Source: a virus
Strand: one strand, 5' to 3'
Virus record (IMG/VR): IMGVR_UViG_3300033553_000338
Span: 32,001 to 96,000 of that record
DNA length: 64,000 nucleotides
The notes beneath the pieces were generated by a model. It made no database searches. It was not told the origin of the DNA and saw only the letters and a program-made list of their open reading frames with translations. Below, one piece after another: positions 21,229-31,678 of this stretch. The first letter of the stretch is position 1, and every line of letters begins with the position of its first letter. The position numbers were made by a program, and so were the translations under genes.

Positions 21229-21254
21229 ACCCGTCAGAAAAAGATCTGACGGGA
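21229..21254 (-). terminator. hairpin/terminator after MCP
   Basis: CCCGTCAGA-loop-TCTGACGGG perfect 9-bp stem. Confidence 0.55.
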
Positions 21255-21285
21255 GTATCGTAAATATAGAGTTTGATCAGCATGA

Positions 21286-22692
21286 TTATTTCACTGACTC
21301 AAGGAAGATCACTGAGCTGTAAGGATCCAGTACCGCGCTGCCGGCATAACCGAGCAGGTGATAGCTGCTTGCAGACACAGGAGTTGAAACTTCTCCGCTT
21401 GTTTTGCCTGTCAATCCACCCATTCCATTTAACGTGCCCGAAATTATGTCTTGTCCCTCAAGGGTGAACATGTTAATGTTACTGTAAGAACCTTCAACTT
21501 TGTCGTTGTTCAAATCCAGCATGATTGCAAATGCGCGATCTTCGAATTCCAGGTTCAGAGCTTCGTTCTTCATCACCGTGAAGGTCGTGCCGGCAAATTC
21601 GTAAGCATTGAAGGTGGCACCGATTTTCAGGTACTTACCGTTAGCTTGGACAAATTTGTTGTCACTCGATTTCAGGAATCGTTTGTCTTCCTTCATGATC
21701 GTGTTGAACTTGTACCAGAAGCGGTTGTTGCAGATCAACGCATAATTCTTATCTGAGTGAGCACCAACACGCTCATTCAAAGATTGGATTGCATCCTCGA
21801 ACAGGTCAGTTGACATTTCGTTGAATCCGAAGATATCAGCGAAGCGGAACAACTGAGTGATAACACCGTCTCCGGAAGGAATATCCTGTCCGTTCTCATC
21901 CTGCAGTTTGCATTTAGAGTTGATGTCGTAATTCGACTCACTGGTCAACATGGACTGCTCACGACTCTCCAGGAAGTGCTTCAGACAGGTGTCTTCGCTT
22001 TTTTCCAGTTTGTAGTAAGACTCTTTGCCCTTCTTACCCATCTCAATGTACTTGTACTCCTGCAATGAAAATGCATTCGTCTTTTCGATTGAGGCACGGT
22101 GAATAGACAGGAAGTTTTTGTGAACTTCACTAGATGAGATATATTTAACATAACCTCTCTCAGACAGTTCACCATAGTAGTTACTATGGTAACGAGTCTT
22201 ACGTCCACCCTGGGCGTAGGCAGTGTTGATTTTCCGGCTGTCCTCATTACCCATCAGGATAACAGTATAACGCCAACGGTTCGCGTTGATACGCGTTGGT
22301 TTTTTCACAACCCACAACTTCTGACGGTTTTCCAACTGGAAAGAGTCGTTTGGATCGTAGTACTTTTCTTTCAGGTCAACGGTTACCGGCTTACCACCTT
22401 GACCATCTCCGCTGATCGCACCAACGATTTCAACTTTTTTGATGAACGACACTTCGATCTGCCATTCCACAGACATTGCATTCAGCGACTGGAACCGGTT
22501 TTTTCCGGCACGGCTGTTCTTGAAGGTGTGTCCCAACAAGTCAGTTAGTACGCTAATGCTCAAAGAAGGATAGCGTTTAACGACTACCCCGAGGCGATCT
22601 GGGTTATTACCCAGAAAGGTTCCAAAATTCTTGATACTTCTGGTATCGGAAGAAATGAAACTAGGTAACGATTGTTTTTGAATAACTCTCAT
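21286..22692 (-). CDS. major capsid protein (crAss-like, HK97 fold)
   Basis: 468 aa; ELSERG, GQDIPSGDGVITQ, IGATFNAYEF motifs; flanked by scaffold-like gene and terminator. Confidence 0.8.
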   Translation of the reverse strand: MRVIQKQSLPSFISSDTRSIKNFGTFLGNNPDRLGVVVKRYPSLSISVLTDLLGHTFKNSRAGKNRFQSLNAMSVEWQIEVSFIKKVEIVGAISGDGQGGKPVTVDLKEKYYDPNDSFQLENRQKLWVVKKPTRINANRWRYTVILMGNEDSRKINTAYAQGGRKTRYHSNYYGELSERGYVKYISSSEVHKNFLSIHRASIEKTNAFSLQEYKYIEMGKKGKESYYKLEKSEDTCLKHFLESREQSMLTSESNYDINSKCKLQDENGQDIPSGDGVITQLFRFADIFGFNEMSTDLFEDAIQSLNERVGAHSDKNYALICNNRFWYKFNTIMKEDKRFLKSSDNKFVQANGKYLKIGATFNAYEFAGTTFTVMKNEALNLEFEDRAFAIMLDLNNDKVEGSYSNINMFTLEGQDIISGTLNGMGGLTGKTSGEVSTPVSASSYHLLGYAGSAVLDPYSSVIFLESVK

Positions 22693-22715
22693 GTTTCAAT
22701 TAATTAATTAATTAT

Positions 22716-23912
22716 TTAACTCTCTGATAAAAAGTCCTCTAGGGTTTGATCGTCAGAGTTACTTTGCCGTCCTCCCTTGTTCACACTTTTACCTTTTACT
22801 TTACTAAATCTTTGTTGGACGGTCTTGCCGGAATTCCCATCCGTGATACCTTTCCGATAAACCTCCGTAAGCTTCGATTTATAGAAAGTGTCCAGCTCTT
22901 TAAATTTGGCCTCTCCGTACTTCATGTACCACATGGCCTGGATTGCCTTGGATTGATCAGCCATTACCTTGTCGAACTCAGTCTTACCTGAAGCATCACG
23001 TTCGGCAAATGCCTCCAGGATGTCGTTCCGGTCCGTGTCGCTTAGTTTCCATCCAGCGATCTCAGTTTGACTCTTTGCGGCATCTACAAAGCCTTTTACC
23101 CGTCCGGTGAATACTTCTTCAGCTTCTTTTTGAATTCCTTTTAAAGCAGCTGCTTTGGCCTCCTCCCGTCTGGAGATAAAATTCTTCCGCAGGGACTCTG
23201 CCGTGTTTCCAAACAGACTGGATTTCTTAAGGTGTTCCACCTCATCCTTAATCTGCTCTTCGGTAGCCTCTTCATTGTTGGCCGCAACATAGAGTTCCAG
23301 GATCTTGTCGTTGGACATGTCCTCAAACTTGTAGTCCGGAGCATCATACTCGTTTTCAACTGAGCTGAGCACACTGAACTCCTGTGCTGACTTCTGCATG
23401 AAATCCTTTACTGTCATCTTGGATTCGCGAATCTGGGCCAGTAAAGCCTTTTCATCATCCTTAATGCTCAGTTCCTCTTCCACGCTTGGCCGGGTACTGT
23501 CTACAATCTGTGCTAGAACGTTCACTTGTTGTTCGGGCTTAAGCTCTGAGAACTTCACTTTCTTTCCATCCTCAGTCTCCAATTCACCCCCAACAATGTT
23601 GTATCTCTCAAGGAAGGTTTCAACAATAGATGACTCACTCACCGGAGCATCATTATCGCTCTCCTCCCCTTCTTCTTCTTCTTCTCCTTCACCTGGTTTA
23701 GGTGGTTCAGGAGTATTACTTGGATCATCCTGAAATCTTGGATCATCTTCTAACCCTTCAAACTCAAACCCTTCTTCCTCGTCTTCTGATCCCGGTGCTG
23801 GTGGGTTGGCAGGGTCTGCAGGTGGATTAGCAGGGTCAATAGAGTCCTCGTTAAAGGACTCATCATCGAATAATTCATCAAACATTAATTCTTCTTCTTC
23901 CATACCTCTCAT
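22716..23912 (-). CDS. acidic scaffolding-like protein (gene upstream of MCP)
   Basis: Very acidic Pro-rich N-terminus, helical C-terminus, immediately upstream of MCP. Confidence 0.6.
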   Translation of the reverse strand: MRGMEEEELMFDELFDDESFNEDSIDPANPPADPANPPAPGSEDEEEGFEFEGLEDDPRFQDDPSNTPEPPKPGEGEEEEEGEESDNDAPVSESSIVETFLERYNIVGGELETEDGKKVKFSELKPEQQVNVLAQIVDSTRPSVEEELSIKDDEKALLAQIRESKMTVKDFMQKSAQEFSVLSSVENEYDAPDYKFEDMSNDKILELYVAANNEEATEEQIKDEVEHLKKSSLFGNTAESLRKNFISRREEAKAAALKGIQKEAEEVFTGRVKGFVDAAKSQTEIAGWKLSDTDRNDILEAFAERDASGKTEFDKVMADQSKAIQAMWYMKYGEAKFKELDTFYKSKLTEVYRKGITDGNSGKTVQQRFSKVKGKSVNKGGRQSNSDDQTLEDFLSES

Positions 23913-23949
23913 TTATTTTACCCTGGTATTCGTTACCAGGCGTTATTTC

Positions 23950-24789
23950 TTATTGCTGAGGCTGCTGTTGCTGGATACCTCCTTGAGGTGGCACCGACTG
24001 GTTTACTGCTGAGTAATTCTGTGCAATTGGGTTGTTGTTCCCAAAGGCGATCAGTACCACAGCCTCTTTGATAATTTCGTGACAGACATCTTCTTTGAAC
24101 TCCATGATTTGAGAGCCATCGATCAGGGTATTCAGTTGATCGTTTGTCAAGACGATCTCCATAGGGTACTTGATAAAGTCACAATGGACTTTGGTCAATT
24201 CAAACACCCCCGCGATATCTCCTGCAGTCCGTACAATATTGGCATCTGGGCCAAAAGTCACCGACAGCTTGCTCCCAGGAGTATCCCCCTGCCCTGCCGT
24301 TGCTTGCCAACCCCCGGATTCAATCTTGAAATAAGGATTCCGGTAAGACGGTTTCAACCAGGCATTCTGTAAAATCAAGCTTTCTTTATCAGATGACAGC
24401 GGCTTGGCCGGCATACTGAAAGAAGAACCTGCCGGGTAACATTTGTACCCTGTCTTCACAGTGTATTCCAAAATGCAGTTAAGCATGTGGAAATAGGTAT
24501 TTGGAAGCTTACCGGTAAAGTAGTAGTTACTACCTTTCCGTTTGAAGCTCAGTTCATTCTCCGCTGGGTTGTCGTAATCTAAGGGTGCTGAGAACTCATA
24601 GTTCATCTTAAGCACCTGGACATCATCGGTAGTCTGCTGGTTGGTGTCATACACATTATACCTTTTCTGGGTCCATTGATAAACGGACTTATTGATATAG
24701 TGATTGAAATCCTCAAGCAGCAGATCCGGAGTTCCGTAATTCTTATTCAACTCAATCAGGATAGCTTCAAATACGTCTCTTGCTGTCAT
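23950..24789 (-). CDS. tail ring/head-tail connector protein
   Basis: MTARDVFEAILIELNK...EDFNHYINK...LPNTYFHML...HEIIKEAV pattern of crAss ring proteins. Confidence 0.6.
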   Translation of the reverse strand: MTARDVFEAILIELNKNYGTPDLLLEDFNHYINKSVYQWTQKRYNVYDTNQQTTDDVQVLKMNYEFSAPLDYDNPAENELSFKRKGSNYYFTGKLPNTYFHMLNCILEYTVKTGYKCYPAGSSFSMPAKPLSSDKESLILQNAWLKPSYRNPYFKIESGGWQATAGQGDTPGSKLSVTFGPDANIVRTAGDIAGVFELTKVHCDFIKYPMEIVLTNDQLNTLIDGSQIMEFKEDVCHEIIKEAVVLIAFGNNNPIAQNYSAVNQSVPPQGGIQQQQPQQ

Positions 24790-24998
24790 TTATTCCACTT
24801 ATTTTGTTTACACAATTTTTTTGATCTAGTCAGTGACGGAAGGAAACACCCACAGGATGTACACCAGTTCCCGTCCCTCAAACTACACGCTGCACAAACT
24901 CTTAATCTTTGCTGGGCCAATTCTTCAACATTGTTATCAGAAGTTCTTCCGATAGATAAAGCGTAATTGACGTATCCCTCTATAATGTGTTTTAGCAT
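24786..24998 (-). CDS. small Cys-rich (DUF6171-like Zn-binding) protein
   Basis: RLRVCAAC...CTSCGCFL...C..NKW. Confidence 0.6.
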   Translation of the reverse strand: MLKHIIEGYVNYALSIGRTSDNNVEELAQQRLRVCAACSLRDGNWCTSCGCFLPSLTRSKKLCKQNKWNK

Positions 24999-25031
24999 TG
25001 TATGTTAAGAAATAATATACGAAATAATTAC

Positions 25032-25259
25032 CTAATTAGCAAGACCCGGCCTTTTGGAGAACTTTTCCAGTCCCGTGGCCCCCAGTATTGCTCCAATCAA
25101 AAATGCAAGCGTATCGATGTAGGCAGCATCAATTTCCAGGAATATCCCAAACAGCAATGCTATCATAAGCACAGCCACTGATTGCCGCTTGAAGGAAGGG
25201 GCACCCTCCGAATCTCTGAAAGTGCCCCCTAACCAACTATATGTTTGTGCTTTACTCAT
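25032..25259 (-). CDS. putative holin / two-TM membrane protein
   Basis: 75 aa, two hydrophobic segments, PSFKR and GLEKF motifs. Confidence 0.55.
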   Translation of the reverse strand: MSKAQTYSWLGGTFRDSEGAPSFKRQSVAVLMIALLFGIFLEIDAAYIDTLAFLIGAILGATGLEKFSKRPGLAN

Positions 25260-25683
25260 GATCCCCAGCCAGTAACGGAATCAGTATCGATAAGTTCTCA
25301 GTCGTAATATCTTCCGGAAGATCCGAAAATTTAAGAGGCGTAACCTCAACATCCACCCGGACAGTGCTGGCAGCTTCTTCAGATGCCTTCTCAAAAGTCC
25401 GCATCTCGTCCAGCTGCTTGATGTACTTCTTGTTGATGGATTCCAGGAGCTTCAATTTCTTCTCCGGCTGGCCCTTCATATCCTCCCCAAACACCGTTCT
25501 AACGGAGTCCTGGTACTCAGACATGTCTGGACCTTTGATCGTCCCTTTAAACACTTCAATAGCCTCGTCCAGCTTCTTGATAATAACAGCATACCGGTAC
25601 TTGGTAGCAATGGGCTTATCAGCTGATAAACCTCCCAGCACCGATTTTGCCCGGTGCATTTCGTTTGGCGTAATTTGAATCAT
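25252..25683 (-). CDS. hypothetical protein
   Basis: 143-aa ORF coupled to the downstream gene. Confidence 0.6.
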   Translation of the reverse strand: MIQITPNEMHRAKSVLGGLSADKPIATKYRYAVIIKKLDEAIEVFKGTIKGPDMSEYQDSVRTVFGEDMKGQPEKKLKLLESINKKYIKQLDEMRTFEKASEEAASTVRVDVEVTPLKFSDLPEDITTENLSILIPLLAGDHE

Positions 25684-25764
25684 AATCTGAATTAATTTTT
25701 TTTTACTTAAACATTTTCATTTGCATAGGATATAATTTAACAACTTATATCCTTATTTCAAAAA

Positions 25765-25788
25765 ACAAAAGGCGGTATAGACCGCCTG
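25765..25788 (-). terminator. intrinsic terminator
   Basis: AGGCGGT-loop-ACCGCCT next to an A-run. Confidence 0.6.
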
Positions 25789-25792
25789 TTAG

Positions 25793-26068
25793 TTACCTCA
25801 TTCGGTTGTAAGAGTCCAGGAGGGTTTCAATTCTTACGATCCGCTTACCCTGGTCTGTCTGTACAATAAGCAAGTCATCATACTTCACTGTAAGAAAATC
25901 GTTTTTGTCTTTGATGTTGTCAACTTTTTCGGCAACATTCTTAGTACCATTATCAATATGTTGCTTGATAAGAGCCACATCGGTCTTAATACTAATGATG
26001 GACAGCGAGGACCAGCTGAGAAGACCTATCAATACTGTTCCTATAATTCCCAGGTACCAATCCCTCAT
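25793..26068 (-). CDS. single-TM coiled-coil protein (holin/spanin-like)
   Basis: N-terminal TM helix, coiled coil ending RIVRIE. Confidence 0.5.
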   Translation of the reverse strand: MRDWYLGIIGTVLIGLLSWSSLSIISIKTDVALIKQHIDNGTKNVAEKVDNIKDKNDFLTVKYDDLLIVQTDQGKRIVRIETLLDSYNRMR

Positions 26069-26074
26069 AACTTA

Positions 26075-26371
26075 TTACACTACAGAATCAAACAATAAAG
26101 GATCCTGAAAGATCGCCAGGACACCAACTTTCATACTCTCGTTCAGCCCCGAGAGATCATCAGTAGCGGTCTGATTTACATTTCCGTAAAAATTGATTCC
26201 GTCACTGGTATGCAGGTCTGCTACGTGCCGGCCTTCTGCCGCCTTAGCGGAACACATTACGGTATCTTTGAGGATTCCACCGGTTAAGTTATACCTGTAT
26301 GTGATATCAAACTCGTTAAAGGTATCAGATAATTCAATCTGTTCTACCCTAGATTTTAGTGATAATGCCAT
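26075..26371 (-). CDS. hypothetical protein (tail-fibre associated)
   Basis: 98 aa, late motif upstream at 26417. Confidence 0.55.
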   Translation of the reverse strand: MALSLKSRVEQIELSDTFNEFDITYRYNLTGGILKDTVMCSAKAAEGRHVADLHTSDGINFYGNVNQTATDDLSGLNESMKVGVLAIFQDPLLFDSVV

Positions 26372-26448
26372 GGGAATAATTTGTTTTTAGTTACTAAACT
26401 TTTAATGATATAATAGTAATATACGAATTTTTTTTCATTATACCCCGC

Positions 26449-26898
26449 CTAAAAGAGTAGTTTGGATAATTTCAACATAAGAGACTCAATCTCTGTAGTT
26501 CGAGCGGAGTACGTTAGTAGCTGATTCTTAGACATGCCTTCCCTACCCTGTTTTATTAGCAAGTACTCTTCTCTTAGATCAGATATAATGGAGTTCACCT
26601 CTATAGAACTACCACCATATAGAAAAATGGCTTGGGAGGTTAGTTCAGTAATATCCCTAAGTAAGTATTTCAATGCCTCGTTTACTTTCTCTTTTAAGTT
26701 ATCTAGGGAGCTGATTTCATGTGGGAATACTGTGTGAAGCCCCTTATCCTTAGTATAGTGTAGTTGCTTCCCTATCGCCTGCTCATCTATTAATTTATCA
26801 CAGTGCTCTTTAAGCATTTTCACCCCATCTTTAGGGATTTTTTTTGCTGGGTTAAAGTCGTAAATTCCCTTTGTAGCTGGATCGTAAATAACATACAT
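26449..26898 (-). CDS. putative tail fibre assembly chaperone
   Basis: Tfa-like N-terminus (YVIYDPATKGIYD...IPKDGV) directly after a tail fibre gene. Confidence 0.5.
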   Translation of the reverse strand: MYVIYDPATKGIYDFNPAKKIPKDGVKMLKEHCDKLIDEQAIGKQLHYTKDKGLHTVFPHEISSLDNLKEKVNEALKYLLRDITELTSQAIFLYGGSSIEVNSIISDLREEYLLIKQGREGMSKNQLLTYSARTTEIESLMLKLSKLLF

Positions 26899-26902
26899 AT
26901 CT

Positions 26903-28393
26903 TTAATTTTTAATTCCTACAGCAATATAATGGCAATCTACGGAGGTATTAATAGCCTCTGCTACATCATGCCAGTAAAAGCTACTATAATTTAAAATAT
27001 ACGCCCTCAAAAGCCCAGTACCTCCCACCATTACAACTGAGTAACAGGTAGTAAAAGCTCCAGATCTAAAATATACAGTACCTCCAGTATTTGCATTGAC
27101 TTGACCCCAGGCGATTGTAAGACCTCCTGGAAACCTCTGGTAACCACTAGAGGCGGTTCCTGATTTATTGTCGTTATACGCAGTGTCAATAGTCCCTATA
27201 GTTAGTACATCATCAAGATCAGTGCTATAGCCCGTATTTCCGTTTGCTGTAAACAGACCTGAGACATGTGTCTGGGCAGCCAACAGAACAGTTCCTGGGG
27301 TTGTAGTGGTGGCCATTCCGACACTATATGAATTCACAGCACTCTTTACAAAAGCTGTTGTGGCAATTTTAGTACTATTATCTGTAGACACCTGTGTTGG
27401 GGCAGTGGACCCATTATATAGAGACACTAGCCCAGTTAAAGTACCCCCTGTTAACGGAAGATACCCATGACTGTGGCTTGACGCAGCAGCACCAACTTCC
27501 GAATAGGTATAACTTGGTTTTGTTGAGGCTTTTGCCCAACTGTAAACATCGGATGCTGAACGGGAATCAGATAACCTCCCGTCATTGTTTAATACGACTG
27601 TTTGTCCGTTGGAAACGATTGATCCGGAAGTCCAGATACCACCTGCAAACCCAATAGCAGTCCCTGGAGTTCCTGCATTACAAAATACAATCTGATGACC
27701 CCCAGCCATAGATCCTCCGGTAGTGTTGTTAGTGTGCTTGTAAGCCATTCCATAGAGGGTACCGAAATTAGCTCCATCTGCAGCAACTCTATAAGCTACA
27801 CCCATCGACCACACATGATTTATCTTGTTCGAATCATAGTCTCCAAAAACACCTTTATCCCGATACCCAGTTTCATTCACTATATATCCTCTGTTGTATA
27901 GGGTGTTGCTAATGTAGTCAGTTGTATCTGATCGTAAAAAGCTTCCGCTGGCAATATTATCTAACTTGCTGGAATCCGCAGCTTTGCCATTGCTAAGTAA
28001 AACACTCGTCCCATTAACTGTTGGAGTAGCTTTAAAGTCAACCACACTCGATGCTCTACTACCAGTCATGATTTCAACACCGTTCAGATTGTTATCATGT
28101 CTCCTAAAATACCATTTCGCATTTGTGCCTCCGTTGGTAGCCCCAGATGGAAATGATGCTGCAGCAGTATCACCAGAGTACCCTATTGACAGTCCGTATA
28201 GAAAGTTTGTAGAATTCTCTTTAAACATTATTCTCGAACTTCTATCTGCACTATGTCCAATAGCCTCAAAAGCGAATCCCCCGTCAAGGATCTCCTCAAT
28301 ATATGATTTCTTAGTAAGCAGGTCATTTCCGGCATTACCTGAATGATACGCCTTATGCCCTCCTATGGTTGTTCCCTCTTTTAATATTCCCAT
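26903..28393 (-). CDS. tail fibre protein (gp53-like C-terminal domain)
   Basis: Start probably MGILKEG at 28393 (track start overlaps the upstream gene); KAADSSKLD, YLPLTGGTLTG, STKIATTAFV, GYQRFPGGLTIAWG fibre motifs. Confidence 0.75.
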   Translation of the reverse strand: MGILKEGTTIGGHKAYHSGNAGNDLLTKKSYIEEILDGGFAFEAIGHSADRSSRIMFKENSTNFLYGLSIGYSGDTAAASFPSGATNGGTNAKWYFRRHDNNLNGVEIMTGSRASSVVDFKATPTVNGTSVLLSNGKAADSSKLDNIASGSFLRSDTTDYISNTLYNRGYIVNETGYRDKGVFGDYDSNKINHVWSMGVAYRVAADGANFGTLYGMAYKHTNNTTGGSMAGGHQIVFCNAGTPGTAIGFAGGIWTSGSIVSNGQTVVLNNDGRLSDSRSASDVYSWAKASTKPSYTYSEVGAAASSHSHGYLPLTGGTLTGLVSLYNGSTAPTQVSTDNSTKIATTAFVKSAVNSYSVGMATTTTPGTVLLAAQTHVSGLFTANGNTGYSTDLDDVLTIGTIDTAYNDNKSGTASSGYQRFPGGLTIAWGQVNANTGGTVYFRSGAFTTCYSVVMVGGTGLLRAYILNYSSFYWHDVAEAINTSVDCHYIAVGIKN

Positions 28394-28395
28394 TG

Positions 28396-31300
28396 TTATA
28401 AGTCGTAATTTATTGTTGCATAAAACCTGTCGTCCCCGTAGGACCTGACTTCTTCTTTGATTAGTCTGTTTCCAAAACCAATACAAGCATAAGGACTTCG
28501 ATAGTAAGAGTCCCAATTATACTCTACAAAGTCAATAGATCCGAGATCAGTCATCACTTGGTCTAGCGTTGCATTTGATTTACAAGCATCGTAACTTGTT
28601 AAAGCCCACCAGAAACTTCCAACATTGAGTAACGCATTTGCAAGATCGGTTCTCGCTTGGTCAACTCCGTATGTATCGTATAAAGTGTTTGATACCAATG
28701 TACCATCGTTCTCAAAAACAGTAAGGTAAAGTCCCCTGCCAGTAGCATTTAGCAGCGTTACATCGTTAAACTTCACTAATCTTGGTAGAACAGCAACATC
28801 ACCAGCGGCTTGAGCACCTCCTATAACGACTACTTTATTTATGCCTTCTATAAATGTACTCAATTTTAACGAGTTTTTCCCTAAGCGCATAGCCTTCTTT
28901 ACATCTGAAATGTCGATTTCTTCAATAACAAGGTCACTTATAAATAAGGTTGTCCCAAGACTCCCAGTGCTCCCATAATTATACCCTATCTTCATTTGAT
29001 AGTAAGTGTCGTAGGTAGTCCCATCTGAACCTAACTGGAATCGGTTAGAAACTGTATAGTAATTAGTTTTCTGAACCCACTCATCTTGGATGGTTCCAGC
29101 TTCCAGTCTTTCAATGTTTCCTATCAAGCCGTGATTTGTCAGCCCAACTCCCATGCTACTCCACCCTATCTCATAAGCAAAATAGTGCTTACAAGTCATT
29201 GTAGACTGACCTTTACACCAATATGTAATTTTATAAGTCTTTCCCTCCTGCTTTGCAGCTTCTGGAGGATATAGACGCAAGCCTCCCCACATTACAGTGC
29301 CTACATCTGGGTAAATGAGATTAGGGGTTCTCTTGATACATACAGAGTACTTGTCAAAGAACCTAGAGGCTTTGACTGCAAATACTTTACATTGAGGCTG
29401 TGTGTAATAACTGATTCCTCCTAAATCCCCAGAAGCCCCACCAAAAACACCATCATTGAAGAAATCTTTGCCCATATACTTTGAACCAAGTAAATTCTCG
29501 GACTCATACATTTCCTCAACAAACACATCACCTGATTTATCTGGGGAGAAAGAGCTTTTTGGGAAGTCGTCTTTAACAACATCGTACACGGACACTTCTT
29601 TAATAATCCCTCCCCAGTCACCTGAAAGTTCAATACTATCAAACTTGAAGCTAGTAGCACCAAAATCTGTTGCCGGATCTACCGGAAGTTGCCATGTTAC
29701 TTGTTGCCCGTCCTGCGAGTGTAATTTGAGTGTGACTGTATTTCCACTACGAGTTATAAATCCTTCAAAAGGGACTCCAGATTCAGTGTTAAAATCCTTA
29801 TGCACGTTATGGCTTCCACCATCAAAGTCATTGCCATTGAGATAAGGTACTGTGGTATAAGACCTAAAGAGAATATCTGTGCCGGAATTATCAACTAGAG
29901 TAAACATAGCAAGCTGTACAGGCCGATTGTCAGAATTCTTCATAGCAATCCCTTTGAAATAAACAGTAGCATCCCCCAGACCCAAGTTAACCGGAAGTTT
30001 CAGTGATCCTGTTGAGGCCCTTTTACCCGCGACAAATGCTGTTGGGTAGTCTTTTCGTTCAAACTGGACATCCCAAATTTCTACATGTACATTTGCTCCT
30101 ATAGTAAAGTCCATAAATCGATAAGTATTGTCGTGAGACGAGCGACTTCCTGTAGCATAGCAAAACAGATAATCATCAAACTCTTTAACCCCTGACTTAG
30201 AAAATACTGTATCACACCAGTCATTCATGTAGAAAGTACCCTCAGAGATAAACTTCATTTTAAAGGACATAGTGTAAGTGTATCCTCCTACTAGCTTACT
30301 GACAGGTATGTAAAACCTCATAGTGCCTCCTGTGGAGCTTCCTAGTATTTTATATCTGGAGTTCTCAATAAGAGTTGTGCAAGTTCCTTGAGATCCTATA
30401 GTCCAGTTAATGACCCCGTTATCATATAATAAGTTCTCAGTCGCCTCGTCAACGATAATACCTTCACGGGAATACTCAACATCTTTAATCTCCAGTCTGT
30501 GAGTCTTTCCTGCTGGTGTTTCCGGGTAAGTTCCTTCTTGGGCACTATCGAAAATAGTGTACCAGAGAATTCCATCAGCAGACACCTCTGTCTTAGTGCT
30601 GTAGTAAGTTCTTCCATCACCATAGTAGTGCCATACCTTGATCTCCTCTAATTTATATAAATGCCCAAGATCAACTTGAACCCAGTCTAATCCATTGCTT
30701 GTATCAAAATGAGAGACCATATTACCGTCAGTTAGCATAGGTCTTGATCCTCCCAAGTTATCAGAAGAAGATTTACCTAGTGCAACGTTCTCTCCAGAAT
30801 AAGTAATTGCCTGTATCTCTACCCAATGGTTATATATATCAGTAGTACTCCCATTCAAATAGTCCCGAATATACCGAACCCCTAAAGGGTTAAATACGTT
30901 CCCTTCTCCATTTAGTAAGTCACTAATACTTGGCTCTGTACCATCAATAAGATCCACACGAGGGTAGCACCAGAGTTGATGTGTTTCAGGTGCTGTGGAG
31001 TAGTACAAGTAAGTCCTGTGACGGGCTGAAGTTGTTTCAGGAATCCATTTATAATCAACACAGGTTGAAATTTTGTTTCCCGATAAGTCGTATGTCCCTG
31101 TATCTGGATGAGTTATATACTCCGTATTGTCATGTTCCCATACATGAGCAACTAATAACACCCACTCATTTAAAGGAAAATACCACCCACCTGACCTGAA
31201 ATAAGGATTAGTGTTTAAAGTTGTACTCCCATTGTTTGCGACAACTCCGCTGACACTTCCATACCCATTGAGCCCAAAGTAAAAGCTACCATTACCTAAA

Positions 31301-31671
31301 GTGTTCCTACGAATCCAAGTAGAAAATCTGTACATTTTTGAGTTGTCTATTGGAAAAGTACTTGTAGCCCAGCCACCATCAGCCCCACTCTCTACATCGT
31401 TGTTTAAAGTTTGCCATACAGGAGTTAATTTCCCAAAAGGGTCTTTGTCCAGTATGATTGAGTTTCCATCCCCATTCTGGCCAAATATCCCTTGAGACCC
31501 AGAAGTACCTACTGCCCAGACTCTATAGTCTATTAAGTTCTTGTATGCAACCCCTTTCATGGAATTACTAATAGCAAATTTCAAGTTGTCTTTATTCGTT
31601 GGAAGTTCAGTAAATACTCCCAAAGCTTTTAAATCACCTCCCCCTGATAAACTTGCTACTTTCGTTCCCAT
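28396..31671 (-). CDS. receptor-binding/tail protein with discoidin (F5/8 type C) and carbohydrate-binding-like domains
   Basis: NVALGK...DWVQVDLG..YKLEEIKVWHY...EVSADG..W discoidin signature; multiple jelly-roll-like segments. Confidence 0.65.
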   Translation of the reverse strand: MGTKVASLSGGGDLKALGVFTELPTNKDNLKFAISNSMKGVAYKNLIDYRVWAVGTSGSQGIFGQNGDGNSIILDKDPFGKLTPVWQTLNNDVESGADGGWATSTFPIDNSKMYRFSTWIRRNTLGNGSFYFGLNGYGSVSGVVANNGSTTLNTNPYFRSGGWYFPLNEWVLLVAHVWEHDNTEYITHPDTGTYDLSGNKISTCVDYKWIPETTSARHRTYLYYSTAPETHQLWCYPRVDLIDGTEPSISDLLNGEGNVFNPLGVRYIRDYLNGSTTDIYNHWVEIQAITYSGENVALGKSSSDNLGGSRPMLTDGNMVSHFDTSNGLDWVQVDLGHLYKLEEIKVWHYYGDGRTYYSTKTEVSADGILWYTIFDSAQEGTYPETPAGKTHRLEIKDVEYSREGIIVDEATENLLYDNGVINWTIGSQGTCTTLIENSRYKILGSSTGGTMRFYIPVSKLVGGYTYTMSFKMKFISEGTFYMNDWCDTVFSKSGVKEFDDYLFCYATGSRSSHDNTYRFMDFTIGANVHVEIWDVQFERKDYPTAFVAGKRASTGSLKLPVNLGLGDATVYFKGIAMKNSDNRPVQLAMFTLVDNSGTDILFRSYTTVPYLNGNDFDGGSHNVHKDFNTESGVPFEGFITRSGNTVTLKLHSQDGQQVTWQLPVDPATDFGATSFKFDSIELSGDWGGIIKEVSVYDVVKDDFPKSSFSPDKSGDVFVEEMYESENLLGSKYMGKDFFNDGVFGGASGDLGGISYYTQPQCKVFAVKASRFFDKYSVCIKRTPNLIYPDVGTVMWGGLRLYPPEAAKQEGKTYKITYWCKGQSTMTCKHYFAYEIGWSSMGVGLTNHGLIGNIERLEAGTIQDEWVQKTNYYTVSNRFQLGSDGTTYDTYYQMKIGYNYGSTGSLGTTLFISDLVIEEIDISDVKKAMRLGKNSLKLSTFIEGINKVVVIGGAQAAGDVAVLPRLVKFNDVTLLNATGRGLYLTVFENDGTLVSNTLYDTYGVDQARTDLANALLNVGSFWWALTSYDACKSNATLDQVMTDLGSIDFVEYNWDSYYRSPYACIGFGNRLIKEEVRSYGDDRFYATINYDL

Positions 31672-31678
31672 GATTAGG